DNA from: Lepidodermella squamata
Lineage: Eukaryota; Animalia; Gastrotricha
Assembly (NCBI GenBank): GCA_047495785.1
Contig: JBLDXI010000002.1
Coordinates: 248,001-312,000 of the forward strand
Direction: 5' to 3'
Length of the DNA: 64,000 bases
The position numbers and the translations under genes were made by a program. Below are positions 51,066 to 64,000 of the stretch, piece by piece. The first letter of the stretch is position 1. Each line of letters opens with the position of its first letter. Below the pieces are notes generated by a model, which was not told the origin of the DNA, did no database searches, and was given only the letters and a program-made list of their open reading frames with translations.

Positions 51066-54000
51066 TTAATCAGTCACGTAATATTCCCTTGATTGGCGCC
51101 GCAACGTATTTTTGTCAAAAAGTTCCTCAAACTGAACTTGGGTTTTATCCAAATACCGATCAACCCTCGCCAGCAGGTCCTCCATGTGTTTCGTGAACTT
51201 ATCGATATTGTCTTCTTTAGTCACTGAAAAATTTGAAAGGACAGCGTTATTAAAGGTAGCTGGAAGATGAAATCAGCCGACCTGAATCAAAGTACATGAA
51301 ACGGCGATCGATTCCCAATGTTGGCGGTCGTTTCCCCGCGATGCCGAAAAGCTTTTTGATGTTTGTAAACATGAAAGAGAAAACTTGTTGTTGATTCTTG
51401 ACTATCTCCTCATTCATAGAGGCCTGGAAAGGAATTCGAATTTGTAAAATTCATTGCAATAGCTAGATTATGGCCTACCTCTTGATAAGCGCTGACAATG
51501 AATGCCATCAGGAAATTCGTCAGCAAAATCGATATCATGAAAGAGTAAAACGTGAAGAATACAGGTCCTAACGTCCTGAAATTCATTCGGAGCGCCGCAT
51601 AATCGAAAACACCGAGCTGCATCGCGAAAAGCGTCTCCACAGCCGTAATATACGTCGAATAAGCTTTTATCTGAGCTCCGAAGGCTAACAATCCAAGACT
51701 TGCGAAAGCCATGAAAACAATGGCGAAAACAACAAGGTAGCTCAAAAGAAACCGTCCGGTGTTAGACAGGGTTTGTAACATCATCATGATGTTACGATCG
51801 AATCGAAGTAAGCGGATGAACCTCAATGTACCCAGCGTCACTATCGTTGCTGCGAAACACGAGACAATGAAATCGTAGTAAACAATCAAATCCATATTCG
51901 TGTAGGTATTAGATCGCTTTCTGAACCGACCGGCTACCAGTGAAAACACGTAGTAGCGAATTCCGAACATAGCGGCCCAGATTAAGCAGCCAAAGAGGTG
52001 GACAAAGTCGAAAACCGACCACCACAATCTCCAGTAAGAGCGGCCCATTTTACGTGCTTTATTGCATTCTCGTGCGAATTGAATGATTACCACCAACAGG
52101 GTGAGAAGTTGCAGTAGTAACGTGACCATCTCACTCCCAGAGTTATAAGCCTGGAATTTGAGGACGTAGAAGTACGGGTAGATAACACAACCGCCAGTCG
52201 CTGGGAACTCGAGAATCGTCTGAGACACTGCGAACAAACCCCTCGTTGGGTTGTATAGATTGAACTCCATGAAAACCGCCCGAGTCTTCTCGTCAAGCCA
52301 TTTGTTATCGAATAGCTGTTGTAGGAATGTCCGGGCTTTGATTAGATTCTTGGGTAAATCGACTACGTAGCCACTGCCGTCATACAACGCCAATTGGCCC
52401 ATAGAAGGCGAACTTCCAGTCTTCAAAACCGATGAGAACGACCAGCCAGGGTTAAGCAAGGCCATGTTGTTGTAGGTCGCATTGTAGCCTTCGACCACGC
52501 TTTGCCAGCCTATGGTGTAGTTACGGGTCTCCTGGTTCAACATTGAGTAATCAGAGCTGCACTCGTTAATCATTGATCTAAATCGCCGAGGCACGCAACA
52601 GTCATCTATCTTAGTCCTAAGCTGTCGAAGTCTGATGGTTCCGGTAAGATAGACAGCCTTATCCTTAGTATAGGATCCTAACTGGTCGTCAGAATCTCCG
52701 TTGTACCAGGACGAGTCCGTCAAAGTGGGAAGGACTGTATGATTGAAGTAGAACCAAAAGTCCTGCAACGAGCTGATCTGCCAAATCGCGCCTTCTCCAG
52801 ATTTGTATTCAACTGATGCTGAAATGGCTTTCTTTGAATTGTCTTTACTAAACGCCGGGGCAGCTAGATCGCCAATGACCCCTTCGAAAAACATGTGCCT
52901 TGCCGATTTTTGGAATTGCCAACCCCATGAATCAATGTTGTTGTAAGCAACGAACATGACCATGTATAGGAAAATGACGTAGCCAGCGATTTCTTTGACA
53001 ACTCGCCACATTTCGAGCTCTTTGAAACGTAACTCTCTGGCTACTCGCAGCTCCTCGGGAGACGGGGGTAGGAAAACGTATTCTTTCCGTTTGGCTTGTA
53101 CTTCCAGCCGGTTTTTCTCCATCGCAGCCAACTCGGCCTTGGTAAATTTCACAGGTCTCATGTAGCTTTCATCATCGCGAAGAGCCATCAGCTCGTCAAC
53201 ATCGTCATCCTTCGACGGGTTTTTGATGATTAAGGCGTAGAAAATCGCGAGTCCGATAATTTTTATCGGCTGCAGGAAGAATATGTCGGTGAATAACGAC
53301 AATACCATTGCTGCTACCCATTCAATAGCCTTCTCGGGCCCTAGAGCTCCGCCATATTCGACTATGGCCCAGAACGCAACGCAACACGTCAAAGCAGCTA
53401 GGCAGTAAGCGATGACCACGCAGTACCAGGGCAGTCTGAATGATCTCTTCCTGTCCTTCTTCTTATGAGTTTTAGCTTTCGGCTGATTCATTAGCTTAGT
53501 AGCCGCCACAGTCTCGATGTCGATCGATATTTTCTTCTTGAGTTTTTCCATTACGACCAGGCGGTTATCGACGGCTTGCTGGACGATTTTCCTCGTATTT
53601 TTCTCGGTTTCTGTGATTCGCCGCTTACTGAGTCTGAAGAGCTGAATGATGAGCAAGTTGATCGGCATGACTATCAACGCTGATATAATGCTGATCTTGA
53701 TTTTATCTGTGCTTATCCGAACTGGGCCAAGACTTAGCTGAAGAGTATTAGGACTGTCTCGCTCAAGTCCAAAGAACATGATGTTCGCCAGCATAGTACA
53801 GTAAAGTATCTATGAATCAGAACAGTCTTCAAAGGCAAACAATAAGACGGACTCAACTTACTGATAAGACACACGTAAGCCGCTGGGCTCGGGTGAACAT
53901 TGACCGAGCGGGTCGATTGAATACTGAAACCCATAAATGGCCATCGGAAATGTTTCTCTGCGTTGTAGTCACAAATAAATGCTCAAATGTCGCCATTTGC

Positions 54001-57000
54001 TGTTTTGTCGCAGTTGGTAATATCCGTTCAACCGTGCCATCATCCTCTTCAACAGCAAGCCATCGATCGCATAGGAAGAAGAAGTGTTGGTTACGCTGAA
54101 TATCTAGGACCATCATCCGAGCGAAATACCAAGCTGGATGCCGGCCGGAGTTATCATGCCAGATCCTGAGCTGGTTAATCTTGCCGAGACTCTTTGGAAC
54201 TGTCATCAGGAATGAGTCCACCTGGCCTCGTTTTAGAACAGGTCGGCAGAAGTCGTCGAGCATACGAGGTTCAGTCTCACTTTCATCTCCACTTAGAATG
54301 AACGAAACCCTAGCTGTCGTACCAGCTCCCTTCCTTTGACCAGTCCATATCGTGATTTCATACGCGTATTTATCCCTAGGATGATTATCAATTAAGGGCA
54401 ATGCTCCCCACTTAACTTCATCCTCTCTATCCTTCCTCCTCGCCCAGATTAATATCGTGAAGTAGAGGCAGAAAATGCAGATACCAAATGTAAAGCAAAC
54501 CGGGTTCTGATCCAGCCTAGTGAACGCTGAATCTCCAGGTTTGAACGTGTTCATCGGAATGTTTAAATTAGCCCCGAAGGAGGTGAGATGGTTACAGAAA
54601 CATTGAGTTATGCTAGGGTTACCACCAGGTGTCGATGAAGAGCCAACCTTACAACCTTCAGTCGACCAATCACTGATTTTCTCATTCCAGAAAACGCAGC
54701 TTGTCGTAAAGCTCTCGTAACTTATCAGAGCTGGAACGGTTTCATCTAAATACTTTGACATCAATCGCTGAATAACTGTCGTTTCGTTCAGGCTAGATCC
54801 GAACTCTGAAATAAGGCTACGAATGACTGAACGGACCAGCGTAAGAGGGAGGGCCCTAATTCCGACAAAGAGAGTCGAACTTGTATTTGAAACGCCAAGG
54901 TCTTGCTCGGGGAAGAAACAAGTGTTTACAGGAAGTTCGGAGTTCAGCTTGCATTGCTTCGAGCCCTTCGTCTTAACTTGAGATTCAATAGTAACTGTCA
55001 CATTTGTGGAATTTTCAAAAATCGCTGGCGACGAAGTCGTTGTTATGTTGACCGATCCAGCTTTGAGGCCCGACTGTTCTTCTAGGATCAAATTTCTAGG
55101 CAGCATGCAACCCAAATTCGACCCATTCAGAGCGAGGCTCTCAGTTGGGAATTTTCCGTCTCGATTGACAAAGACAAATAAGGCCACTGGTTCCTTAATC
55201 GGACTGATTTGCTTGATGCTCATATTTCGATTTCCAACCATTAAATGCAAATTCTCGTAAGGATCTTTGCAGTTTTTATCCCATGTGGCGTTACAGGTGA
55301 CATTGTCTTTGTATACAGTAGTCGATAGGTCGATGATTTGGTCAACAGTTACGAAAGCAGCGGAAGATCGGGCGATAGAGAGCTCGATATATTTCAGCGG
55401 TTTTGAAATCGACTTTCCTAAAACAGCGGTCAGAACGTTTCGAGGCAAGCGATGATTCTTTGACTCGATCAGTATCTCGATTGGATCTTTCAGATTTTCA
55501 ACCACAATTTTCTTACCCGTTTCTTCGCTGAGAGTTAGAGACTGAATCATTGAGTTGATGGAATAGTTACTCTTGCCAACGCTCGCATACATATTCCCTG
55601 ATTCCATGGAAGCTTTAATTGTTATTTTCATAGAATTGAACACCTCTGAGCTATTCGAGCCCGAGTCTTTGACAACGCTAGGCATTATGGATGGTCCAAA
55701 AATTTCTGATGCCTCGCCGAGTTTGAACCGGCCGCAGTCTTCGTCATCCCCATTTTGAATTGTGGCGTAGTCAAGATTCCCGATAAAGTTGAATGAGAGG
55801 GAAAACTTGGAAGTTCGGCCGCCGACCACAGTTCGACTTTCCTGAACACCCTTTCGAGTGAGAATCATGTCCATCAAATCATCCCTTAGAGACTCCATAT
55901 CAGCGAGAATACTTGTGACTTTCGGAGATTTTGTTGTTACGTAGAGCTCGTAGAGAATATCTTCAGGTGGTGGGATTGTCGTTGTCGGTTGGGTAGGGTT
56001 CCACGGGGATGAGTAGCTAGCTGAGTAGTCAACTATATCTGAAAGCTTCCCCATCGCTGTTACGGCAGCACTAGTAGCCATGTCCAAATCGTTCGGATCA
56101 ACAGTTGCATCTGATGAGAAGTTTGACAGCATTTTTACAGCTGGTTTCAGTGCTTGTATAATTTTAGATTGAAACTCGACTGACAGAGATTGCTCAGGAA
56201 CAGCCTGAATCATTCCAATGACAGCACAGTAACTTTTCAGGGATTGGACGCTCTTCGAAGCTACTCCGACTTCTAACAGCCAGTTTAGTGATTGGAGCCT
56301 CATCTCTCGGAAAACCTTTAGCTCGTAGTTGTAACGATCGAAATCAGTATTCACTTTTTGGATCTCGGCATCTCGATTCTCATTGTTAGGGTCATCTTAT
56401 AAAAACACAATTTGGGGAGAATTCCAGCAAAACAGATTGAAACTTACTTAAGATTGTAGCATTTCCTGTGTAAGGTTGATCGAATGGTCTGGCATTGATA
56501 AGGTCCACGAAACTGAGCAATCTTGAAACAAGAAATTCAGGGTTTGTAGTGTTTGCTGCAGAAGCCGCTAGCTGTTCATATTGCTCTTGAATGAATTCCA
56601 AATCGAATCGAGGCTGAACTTTGACCGATGAGAAATCCAGGTAACCTGTAGCATCCACTGAGTCGTAAGCGTACACCCGGATTGTCAGCACGTAACTTTG
56701 AGTCGAATCACCAGCCGGCAGATAGAAGTTCGTGAGCTCTGGTACTACTTGCGGGATCGGTGTCAGATGGATTGGGTCACAATTTGAGCAAGTATAAGCT
56801 ACGAAAGTGAATTTCTTCAACACAGCTTCGTCTGCGTCACGGAAGCCGGTGCATTTGATTGAAAATGGCGTGGTCAAGGCGATGCCATTCGCTGGTTTGA
56901 CCGTACAAGACGCTTGGCTGGCATCTGGGGGCGTATCAATGTACAGGTAGATCATCGACCGCCCAATCCTTCCGTGACTTCCCAATCTAGCCTCAGAAAT

Positions 57001-60000
57001 TACTGCATACATCTGCCCATAGGTTGCGCTTGAGAACGCTCCAGCTCTGAAGGACAAATCAGGGCCGAATCTTCCAGTTGACGTGAGATCAGCCCAGTTT
57101 GACATGGTCTCCAATGCCAAGGTTCCATTTGGAGTATCGAAAGCGATCGCCAGGTTATCCTCAAAGTCCTGGACCTGATTTCTGTTGACCGGAATAAACA
57201 GCCAGTTGTATTTATAAACGCGACCGATGATCCGGTTATCAATAGTTCGGCGCAGAGTCGTGCGTGAGGTTGGATTGACAGAACATCCCAACTCGTATGG
57301 GTATCCGCAGTTCGCCAATGGCCTACACATTTTAAATTCGAGAAAATAATGGCTAGAAATGCAATTCTTACTCTACTGTTCCCCCTGGAGGTTCAGCCCG
57401 TTCCAAACGAATCGTCTGAGTCGCAGTAGCGAACCGCTTATTATCCGGGTCCAGGGCTACCGCAAGAATATTGAAAGTCTCATTTTCAAACATGTATTCC
57501 GTCCATAGTTGGATCGCTTTCCCATCAGCATTCTTCTTGTATACAGTTACGTTGAACTGCTGAGTGACACCCTTGTCATTTTTCGCTGCGAGAGATCGAT
57601 AGAAATTGGGTAGATTAAGCGATGGTGATAAATCTGTTGATGGGTATGGAAATTGAAGATCCTGCTGAGAATGCCAACCCCAGGCGAAACATCCGGGTCT
57701 GCCCACTCCCAGCTTCTCCTCTTCAGCATCGCTTACGTTACACTGTTTGGGATTGAACAGCTGAGGATTAGCTACAAACTTAGAAGCATCGTCGTAGCTC
57801 GAAATGCTGGGCCAGGGACCCTCGCACATCCTTTTGCAATACACAGTGATCTTCGGCATTTTCAGCGGCTCATCTGGGTTGTAGCTATTCGAAATCGGAT
57901 CCACTGGATGCGTTTTGCCATTACCGAAAACCCCGTCAACATAACCAGAGGATGGTTTGAATCTTAAAACCATAGAAGACCTCATTACTTCAGTCACGAA
58001 TTGGAAAGTTTGGCTGTCAAGATCTTCATCCGGCATTTCGACCTTGAGAGTGAATCGATAGAAACCAACGCTCAAGGTGCCATTGTCAAAGCTAAGCGAA
58101 ACATCTCGAATCACAGCCGCTCGTTTCACCTCAGTGAAAGTATTCTGCCGCAATTTTGTTGGAACTAAAGCTGAAGTTACATCCTGCCAATTATTTCCAT
58201 CAACAGAATACTCGGCCGTCCAACTCTGTGTCATCCGGTCAGACGAAGTGCAGTTGAACAGCAAGCTTGTCGGTATTTCGAGTTTCTCTCTCCGATAGAC
58301 AGCAGGAACTTGCTGTAGGCTTACAATCGGTTTGTAGCAAGGCCCGTTTGTAACAAAGATTCGTTGAACCAGCGGATCAGATAGATCGACCATATTTCGT
58401 AATCTCGCTTCGATGAAATACTTCCCTTTCGTAAAGTACCGCTTTTCCAGGACGATTTTCTTTGATTCACGCTGTGCTAGAGTAATTGGGCTCAGCGTAT
58501 GAAGGAGTTCGATTTTGTCGTACAAAGTAGCGCACATGTACTCTGAGCCTCTCAGAATTCTCCGCGGGCCTTCAATGCTGTCAGATCCAAAATCGACGTA
58601 CAAGCATGAATCAGTTCCGATGTAGTCGAATTCGATTTCAACGGAAAGATTATCCTCCTTAGGAATGGGATCATAGGCAGTTATTTTAGTTCCTCTCGGC
58701 AATGTTTGGACATAGAATAACATATCAGCCTGGGTGCTTTCGTAAGGGCTGCTCAAGGTCATATTGACGATAAAGCCACAACTCTCAAGATAGGCTCCAC
58801 AGGGACTGTCATTCCGGAAAATATGAATAGCCTCAGGGGCGGTTGGTTCGAATTCATCAGGGCAATAAGATGAGTTGCCATCTCCGAAGTTCCAGCAAAC
58901 TTCAAACAGGCTTCCAACTGGCGCGTTGGTATAGAAGAGAACTTCGTGATCAGTCGGGACATAGTTCCTGTTAGGTCCGAGAGCTCTCCTCCACGGATAG
59001 GACGAATTCAATCGATACGACAACATTATCACGAGATTCTGAGGAACCTGGAAGTAGACCGGTACGAGAGTTTTGAATTCATTGCTTGAAACTGCGTTCT
59101 CAATAACAAGCTTGACTACAAAGTTGTCCGAAGTAGCGTAAGAATACTGGGAAACGCTGCACGCAGCCAGTTCGCCTTGTTTAAGCCAACTCAAATTCGG
59201 ATCGCACTCGAACAGACCAAGCCCTACCAACGTCCCATCACCATAGTAAATCGAGGCGGTAACGTCAGATGGCAAAGATTCGGAGGTGTTGTACCATATC
59301 GTGAAGTTGATAGGGGATGATTGCCATTGTAGGTACGAATTTTGGATCAGGCGGCCGTACTTTGGTTCCGCAGTTATCGCGTAAGAATAATCGCTTATTG
59401 GCGCAATGACTTTGATTGGCGAATCGATGTCGACTGGGCCCAACTTGCTAACCAGATTACGAACTTCGACCTTTGGGGAGAAAGTCCCTGAATCATTGAA
59501 CCTTATTTGAATGCTCAGATCCGTTATATTGGTATACTCCGACCATCCGAGATCAACGGAGTCGAAAGTTATTCGATACTGATAAGGCGCACCCCAGGAT
59601 ACCGACAATTTGACGGATGCTCCGGCACCGGTTCTCACTGGACCCGTTTCCTCGCTGATGAACGTCAGATCCGAGAGCAACTCTTGAAATTCGACGTAGT
59701 AAACATCCGTGGCTGTGAAAGCGTTATTCTTGATCATTACGTAGAGGGGGTAGACTCCCCTTGTCTCCCAGACATAGGCCCAATATGTCAAATTAGCCTT
59801 GAAGTTTCCAGATGCTGGTAAATTAGCTGCGAATCTCGCAGATTTCGAAATGCCATCCCAAGTCGTGATTTTAAACTCTGGCTGAGCTGGCCATTTTGGA
59901 TATTCCACAACGTCACCGTCGTAGCCCAATGCCATTGATAGAGTTCCTCTTGCATCTTTGATGATTCCAACGGGATTCGAGTAGACGAAATAGAAATTGC

Positions 60001-63000
60001 GAGCTGGATTCTCAACAGCGACTTTTATTGAAGTTGCCATGCTACTTACGTTGTTAGACATATTGAAGGTTACATCGTAAAGGCCAGATAAATCCCATGC
60101 GAACAGAATGCCTGAGGCATTATCACCCTCTAAGAGGAGAGGGAAGAAATATGATTGGACCACAGACGAAGATTGCGTTCGAAATGTCACATCCAAAGAG
60201 CATCGAGAACAATTTGAAGCTGTGACTGAAAATTCCACGGGTTGGTTTCGAAGAGTGCCATATTCAGCGGTCTGATTTGAAGCGACTTTCAGGCTAGTTA
60301 CTGGATATTCGACATAAACGAAGCTATCGACAATAACAGGGTCGGAGACTGCATTATCAATCATTAGAGATAGGTTTGCTGGTCCATCTTGAGTTAAAAC
60401 CGAGGCTGGTATGGTAATTTGCCCACTTTGTGACGCTCCATCGATACTACTACTGAGTGGGATGCCATTGAGGCGAGCTTTCGACATTGGCCAAGAAATC
60501 TGGTTGTAAGTAAAAGAGACTGTCTGAGTCGTCGCAAATTTCAAAGCGGCTGGGACTAAAACAGTTGGCTGGCTGACAGGTTTCATCGAATAGATGGTCG
60601 CAATTTTTGTAGCATTCCCAACATTCAGTTTTGCATCGTACTTGCTCGTTGCATACGAAACTGACCTGAATGTTTGCCCAATTATTGTTACACATCCAGA
60701 GAACTCAAGTTTATAACTCGGCAATGAGATGTAAGTCACTGGGACAATTCTCACTCTGCGAACATGGATCATCCTCGGAAAATCAACAAAATCTGGCCCG
60801 AGGTTTGGCTGGACTTCAAAAACCAGAGGATCAAGGAAGTTGTCAGCATAGAAACATGGTGCAAATAAGTCGATGATTCCGGTTGAGCATTCAAGTTTTA
60901 GCGAAGTTACGTAGCCTGAGTAGTTGGTCGATATCGTTAGGCTGTACAATGATACCAAGTGTGGGAAAATTATTTCCAATATATCAGATGGCGTCACAGG
61001 TACGAAGCCAGGTCCATTACTCGTCAGAACGACTGATTCCGCTCTATTGTTCGCGTCATTTCCAGAAAAATTCACGTCACTTATTGTCGCTAGAATGGTT
61101 TCGGTGCACGGCTTGACAGCCTTCCAGCCGATGTAGTAGAGATCGGAGGCACCTTGAGAGTTTCGGATGCCTATTGTAGTTGTTGTGATAGATTCACTGG
61201 AAAGGACACAATGGTCCCCACGGTATTCGAATGTCATGCATGGTTGATAGCGCGATGTGAGGCATTGAAGAGCGCAATCATCAGGAGTGAGTGAACCTGT
61301 GTTAAATCAAACAAATTTGCTCTAAAAAGTCAAAAAGGGAAACTTCGACAAAATAGGTATCCTATTAGGATTACCGTATTTATTCCAATATTAGCCCATC
61401 CACTAAAAATCGCCCATCCCTAATGGTAGTCCAGAGTAGAGGGGTAAAGTCAGTTCGAAAACATCAAAAATGAACGATTCACTAACAATTATTTTTTGAA
61501 ATTTTGGTAGCCCGGGGTGCTATTGGAACAAATACGGTAGAATATTAGCAGTCTTGCTTAATTCGATAGCTTTTTCAATTTTAAATGCAAGAAATACCTA
61601 TGTAATGCGCGCTTATGTAACTTTTTCGAATAATTTTTAAATGTCAGTTTACTTACTTGGTCTCTGGCAGACGACTTGCATCTGGAGAGCGGCGTCGTTA
61701 TCGGTTAAGGACTTCATTTGATTCGACGAGTCAATGTAATATCGCTGCGAGTAGCTATTATTTATTGCCGAAGTGACGTAAATATCTCTGCCGAAAAAAT
61801 GTCTAGTATAACCACCCGTAAATGTTAACTGGCCAGTTGCGATCAGCGCTGGAAGTTCAGCAAATGGCGCAAGCCTTATGCCAGAGATTTCATCAGCATT
61901 TGCGACCGAAGTCGCGTACGAGTTCCAAAGGTGAATGCAGTATGTAATTGTGTAATCCGGGTTGTAGAGACGCGTCTTCAAAGTTTCTTCTTCAGAAGCC
62001 TTGTAACACATCCCGCCCCACGCTCGCCACAAAACAGGACAGATAGTCGCGGTGACCTGGCAACTGAACCTCAGAGATGTCGAGCAATCAGCCAACTTAG
62101 CGTAACCATCGGCATATAATGCAACACATTTACCCAAAGCAACACTAGGCGTGTAACCAGGTGCCCATTGAACATAAGTCGTCGCCAACGAAACTAAATC
62201 AAACGTAAAACCTGTCCAGATCGGCTTCGAGCTATCGTTCCAAGCGGAATTTTCTAGCAAAAATTGAACTGCTTGTTGCCACTCATCTTGACTGCGTGGA
62301 GCTACCAGTTGACCGCCGAAATTAGCTATGCAGCTACCATTCGACGAGGCAGCATTTTGAGGGCCACTTAGATCCGAAATGCAACGGCCATTTTTAAGCT
62401 TCAGCGTTTGGTTCAGGATGTAATTATCGCAATTTCCACCGTAAGTTGGCTCGACCTGCGGTTTTAGCTCGCAAACGTAAGGCAATCTATTCGAACTATC
62501 TATCACATTCCAAACGCCGTTTGAAGAAAGCATTGCAGCGCCACTTATAGCTGGTTTCGATAATGGGGTTTGGATCATGCCCCAGTTTGAGAAGGTGGAA
62601 ATCGGGCCAGATCCATCCAACCAGAGCCAATCGTTTCTCTCACCCCCTGCAATGAGACCGACCCAAGCTGAGGTTAGGCCGAGAGATGAAAGCTGATCTC
62701 GGATAAAATTGTTCTCCTCCATGCTTGCAATTGCCACTAAATTGCCACCAAAATTCTGCCGGCAGTTTCGCGCTGCAACATCCATGGATTCGATTTGAGC
62801 GATAACTTTATAACAAACTCCATTTCTCAGAGTCATGCCGTTAGGACAATTCGTAAAGGCTGGGGTCACTTCTGTTAGCAGGCGTCTACTCGCAATCCTG
62901 GAGAAGTATTTACTAGGCCTAGACTCTGATAGGATGGGCCTTTCGCACAATATACCGGCACTCGCATTATTTGGTTCCACCGTTGCTGTTTTTAGATCGA

Positions 63001-64000
63001 ATGTGTATAGACGGCCAACTGGTGCGTTGTCTCTATCCGGTTTGAAAACATTTGCATACCAATCCGTCTGCATTCTGTAGCCATTAGCGCCCAACAAAGC
63101 TTGGATGTAGTACTTGTTAGCGTTAGACGATGTTTGATTGAGGACACTGGCTAATTTAGCGTAGTCTGACGCGCGGCCTTTCGGGCTGAACAGGATGCTG
63201 TTGTAGTATTTGCACGTTCTGATCGCTTGAGCCCATGTTCCTACAGAATTAGGAAAAGCTCGATAACAGCTGCTGCCATAGGGTGTCCAAAGTTCCCCAT
63301 CAGGCCCACACAACTTAAAATCTGAAAAAGAAAATAACATATGTGCAGCGTTTTACATGTTCCGGGGCTGCAATCGTAAATTTATAAACTAGCTAAATAT
63401 TTTATAACTAGGAAAAATCCTTGAAGTCTTACTTGAAGCCGCTTGCTGGCATATAAAAGGTGATTCAAAATTGCAGTCATATGGTACTGGCGCTCCTCCC
63501 TTATACATGGCCGCACATTGCTGCTGCGAGGGTCGAAGAGTGCCAAGGAATGAGAACAAATCTCCGTTTCCAGTCAGTCCAGTGTAGAAGCCTTGGCGAT
63601 TTCTTAGAGAGGTCAGGCCGACCCAGACAAAGCTAAGCGAAGCCGGGAATGTGGACGCCAAGTGAGTTATGTTGAGACTACCAATATATTGAGCACTGGC
63701 GAGAGTTCCGCCTAGCGAGGCACAGTGGTACTCAGCATCACCGAAAGTCTTGTTGACATTCACGAACAGCAGACAGACACCAGCATTGCTTATTAGGGTC
63801 CATCCCGGTTGGCATGATCCATTTGTAGCAACAATATTGTCCATATCAAGGGAAACAGGCGTCTTTCCACCACCAAAGTCTAATGTCCAATTTGAGGTCA
63901 AATCTGCGATTGAAACAGTGTTAACAACCATTATTGAAAATATTGATCCGATATACCTTGAGAAGGAAAGCCAGCGTAGGAAATCACTTCTATCGCAACC
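51066..64000 (-). CDS. Polycystin-1-like / REJ-family protein (multiple C-type lectins, PAN-like, F5/8C, PKD repeats, REJ, GPS, PLAT, polycystin TM channel); 5' end outside the window
   Basis: CTL motifs (CYKV...AWVGL...WLWLDGS...PYVCE); PKD WNFGDG; REJ CTVKPANGIALTTPFSIKC; GPS CVFWNE...WSTEGC...CFCNHLTSFG; PLAT YEITIWTG...LRIWHDNSG...CDRWLAVEEDDG; FTRAQRLTC; RLRQLR and WLDEKTRAVFMEF. The final exon ends ...YYVTD* (TAA 51066-51068). Confidence 0.93.
61374..61537. mobile_element. Tc1/mariner-pogo-type MITE (164 bp) in a polycystin-gene intron
   Basis: TIRs CCGTATTT(A/G)TTCCAATA; TA TSD at 61372-61373 and 61538-61539. Confidence 0.88.

Overview
Compact animal (invertebrate-type) genomic DNA with short GT-AG introns, mostly 49-70 nt; the species cannot be identified from sequence alone. 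From left to right: a decayed double-homeobox gene, followed by a 5'-truncated Penelope-like retroelement with a 14-bp TSD and a hammerhead ribozyme; two paralogous secreted EGF-repeat genes (-); an alpha-1,3-fucosyltransferase (GT10); a ~39-kb array (12.2-50.7 kb) of an unrecognised intronless gene family; and the 3' ~13 kb of a very large PKD1-like/REJ polycystin gene (-). The array holds 12 intact copies, 1 copy split by a single-base frameshift, 1 long pseudogene and 4 relics. It is interleaved with two GT32 glycosyltransferases, two secreted SGNH esterases and three intronless class C (GABA-B-like) GPCRs. Family members share a signal peptide usually ending in (D/E)Q(I/L)F, an RxxR/RxRR convertase-type site in most copies, a hypervariable Pro-rich region carrying cytosolic-type linear motifs (PPxY, RVxF, RPx[S/T]P, FFAT-like, NPxY), one hydrophobic helix, and a conserved ~90-aa C-terminal domain (DRxxRxxLL...GR...LYGRVTVIMQAS.P...NF..L...WP.P...D). 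They also share an upstream DNA motif, AAAA(G/A)TCCNCCTTAA, usually ~45-55 nt before the ATG. This family is the main candidate for an undescribed system. Several MITEs and transposase relics are also present.
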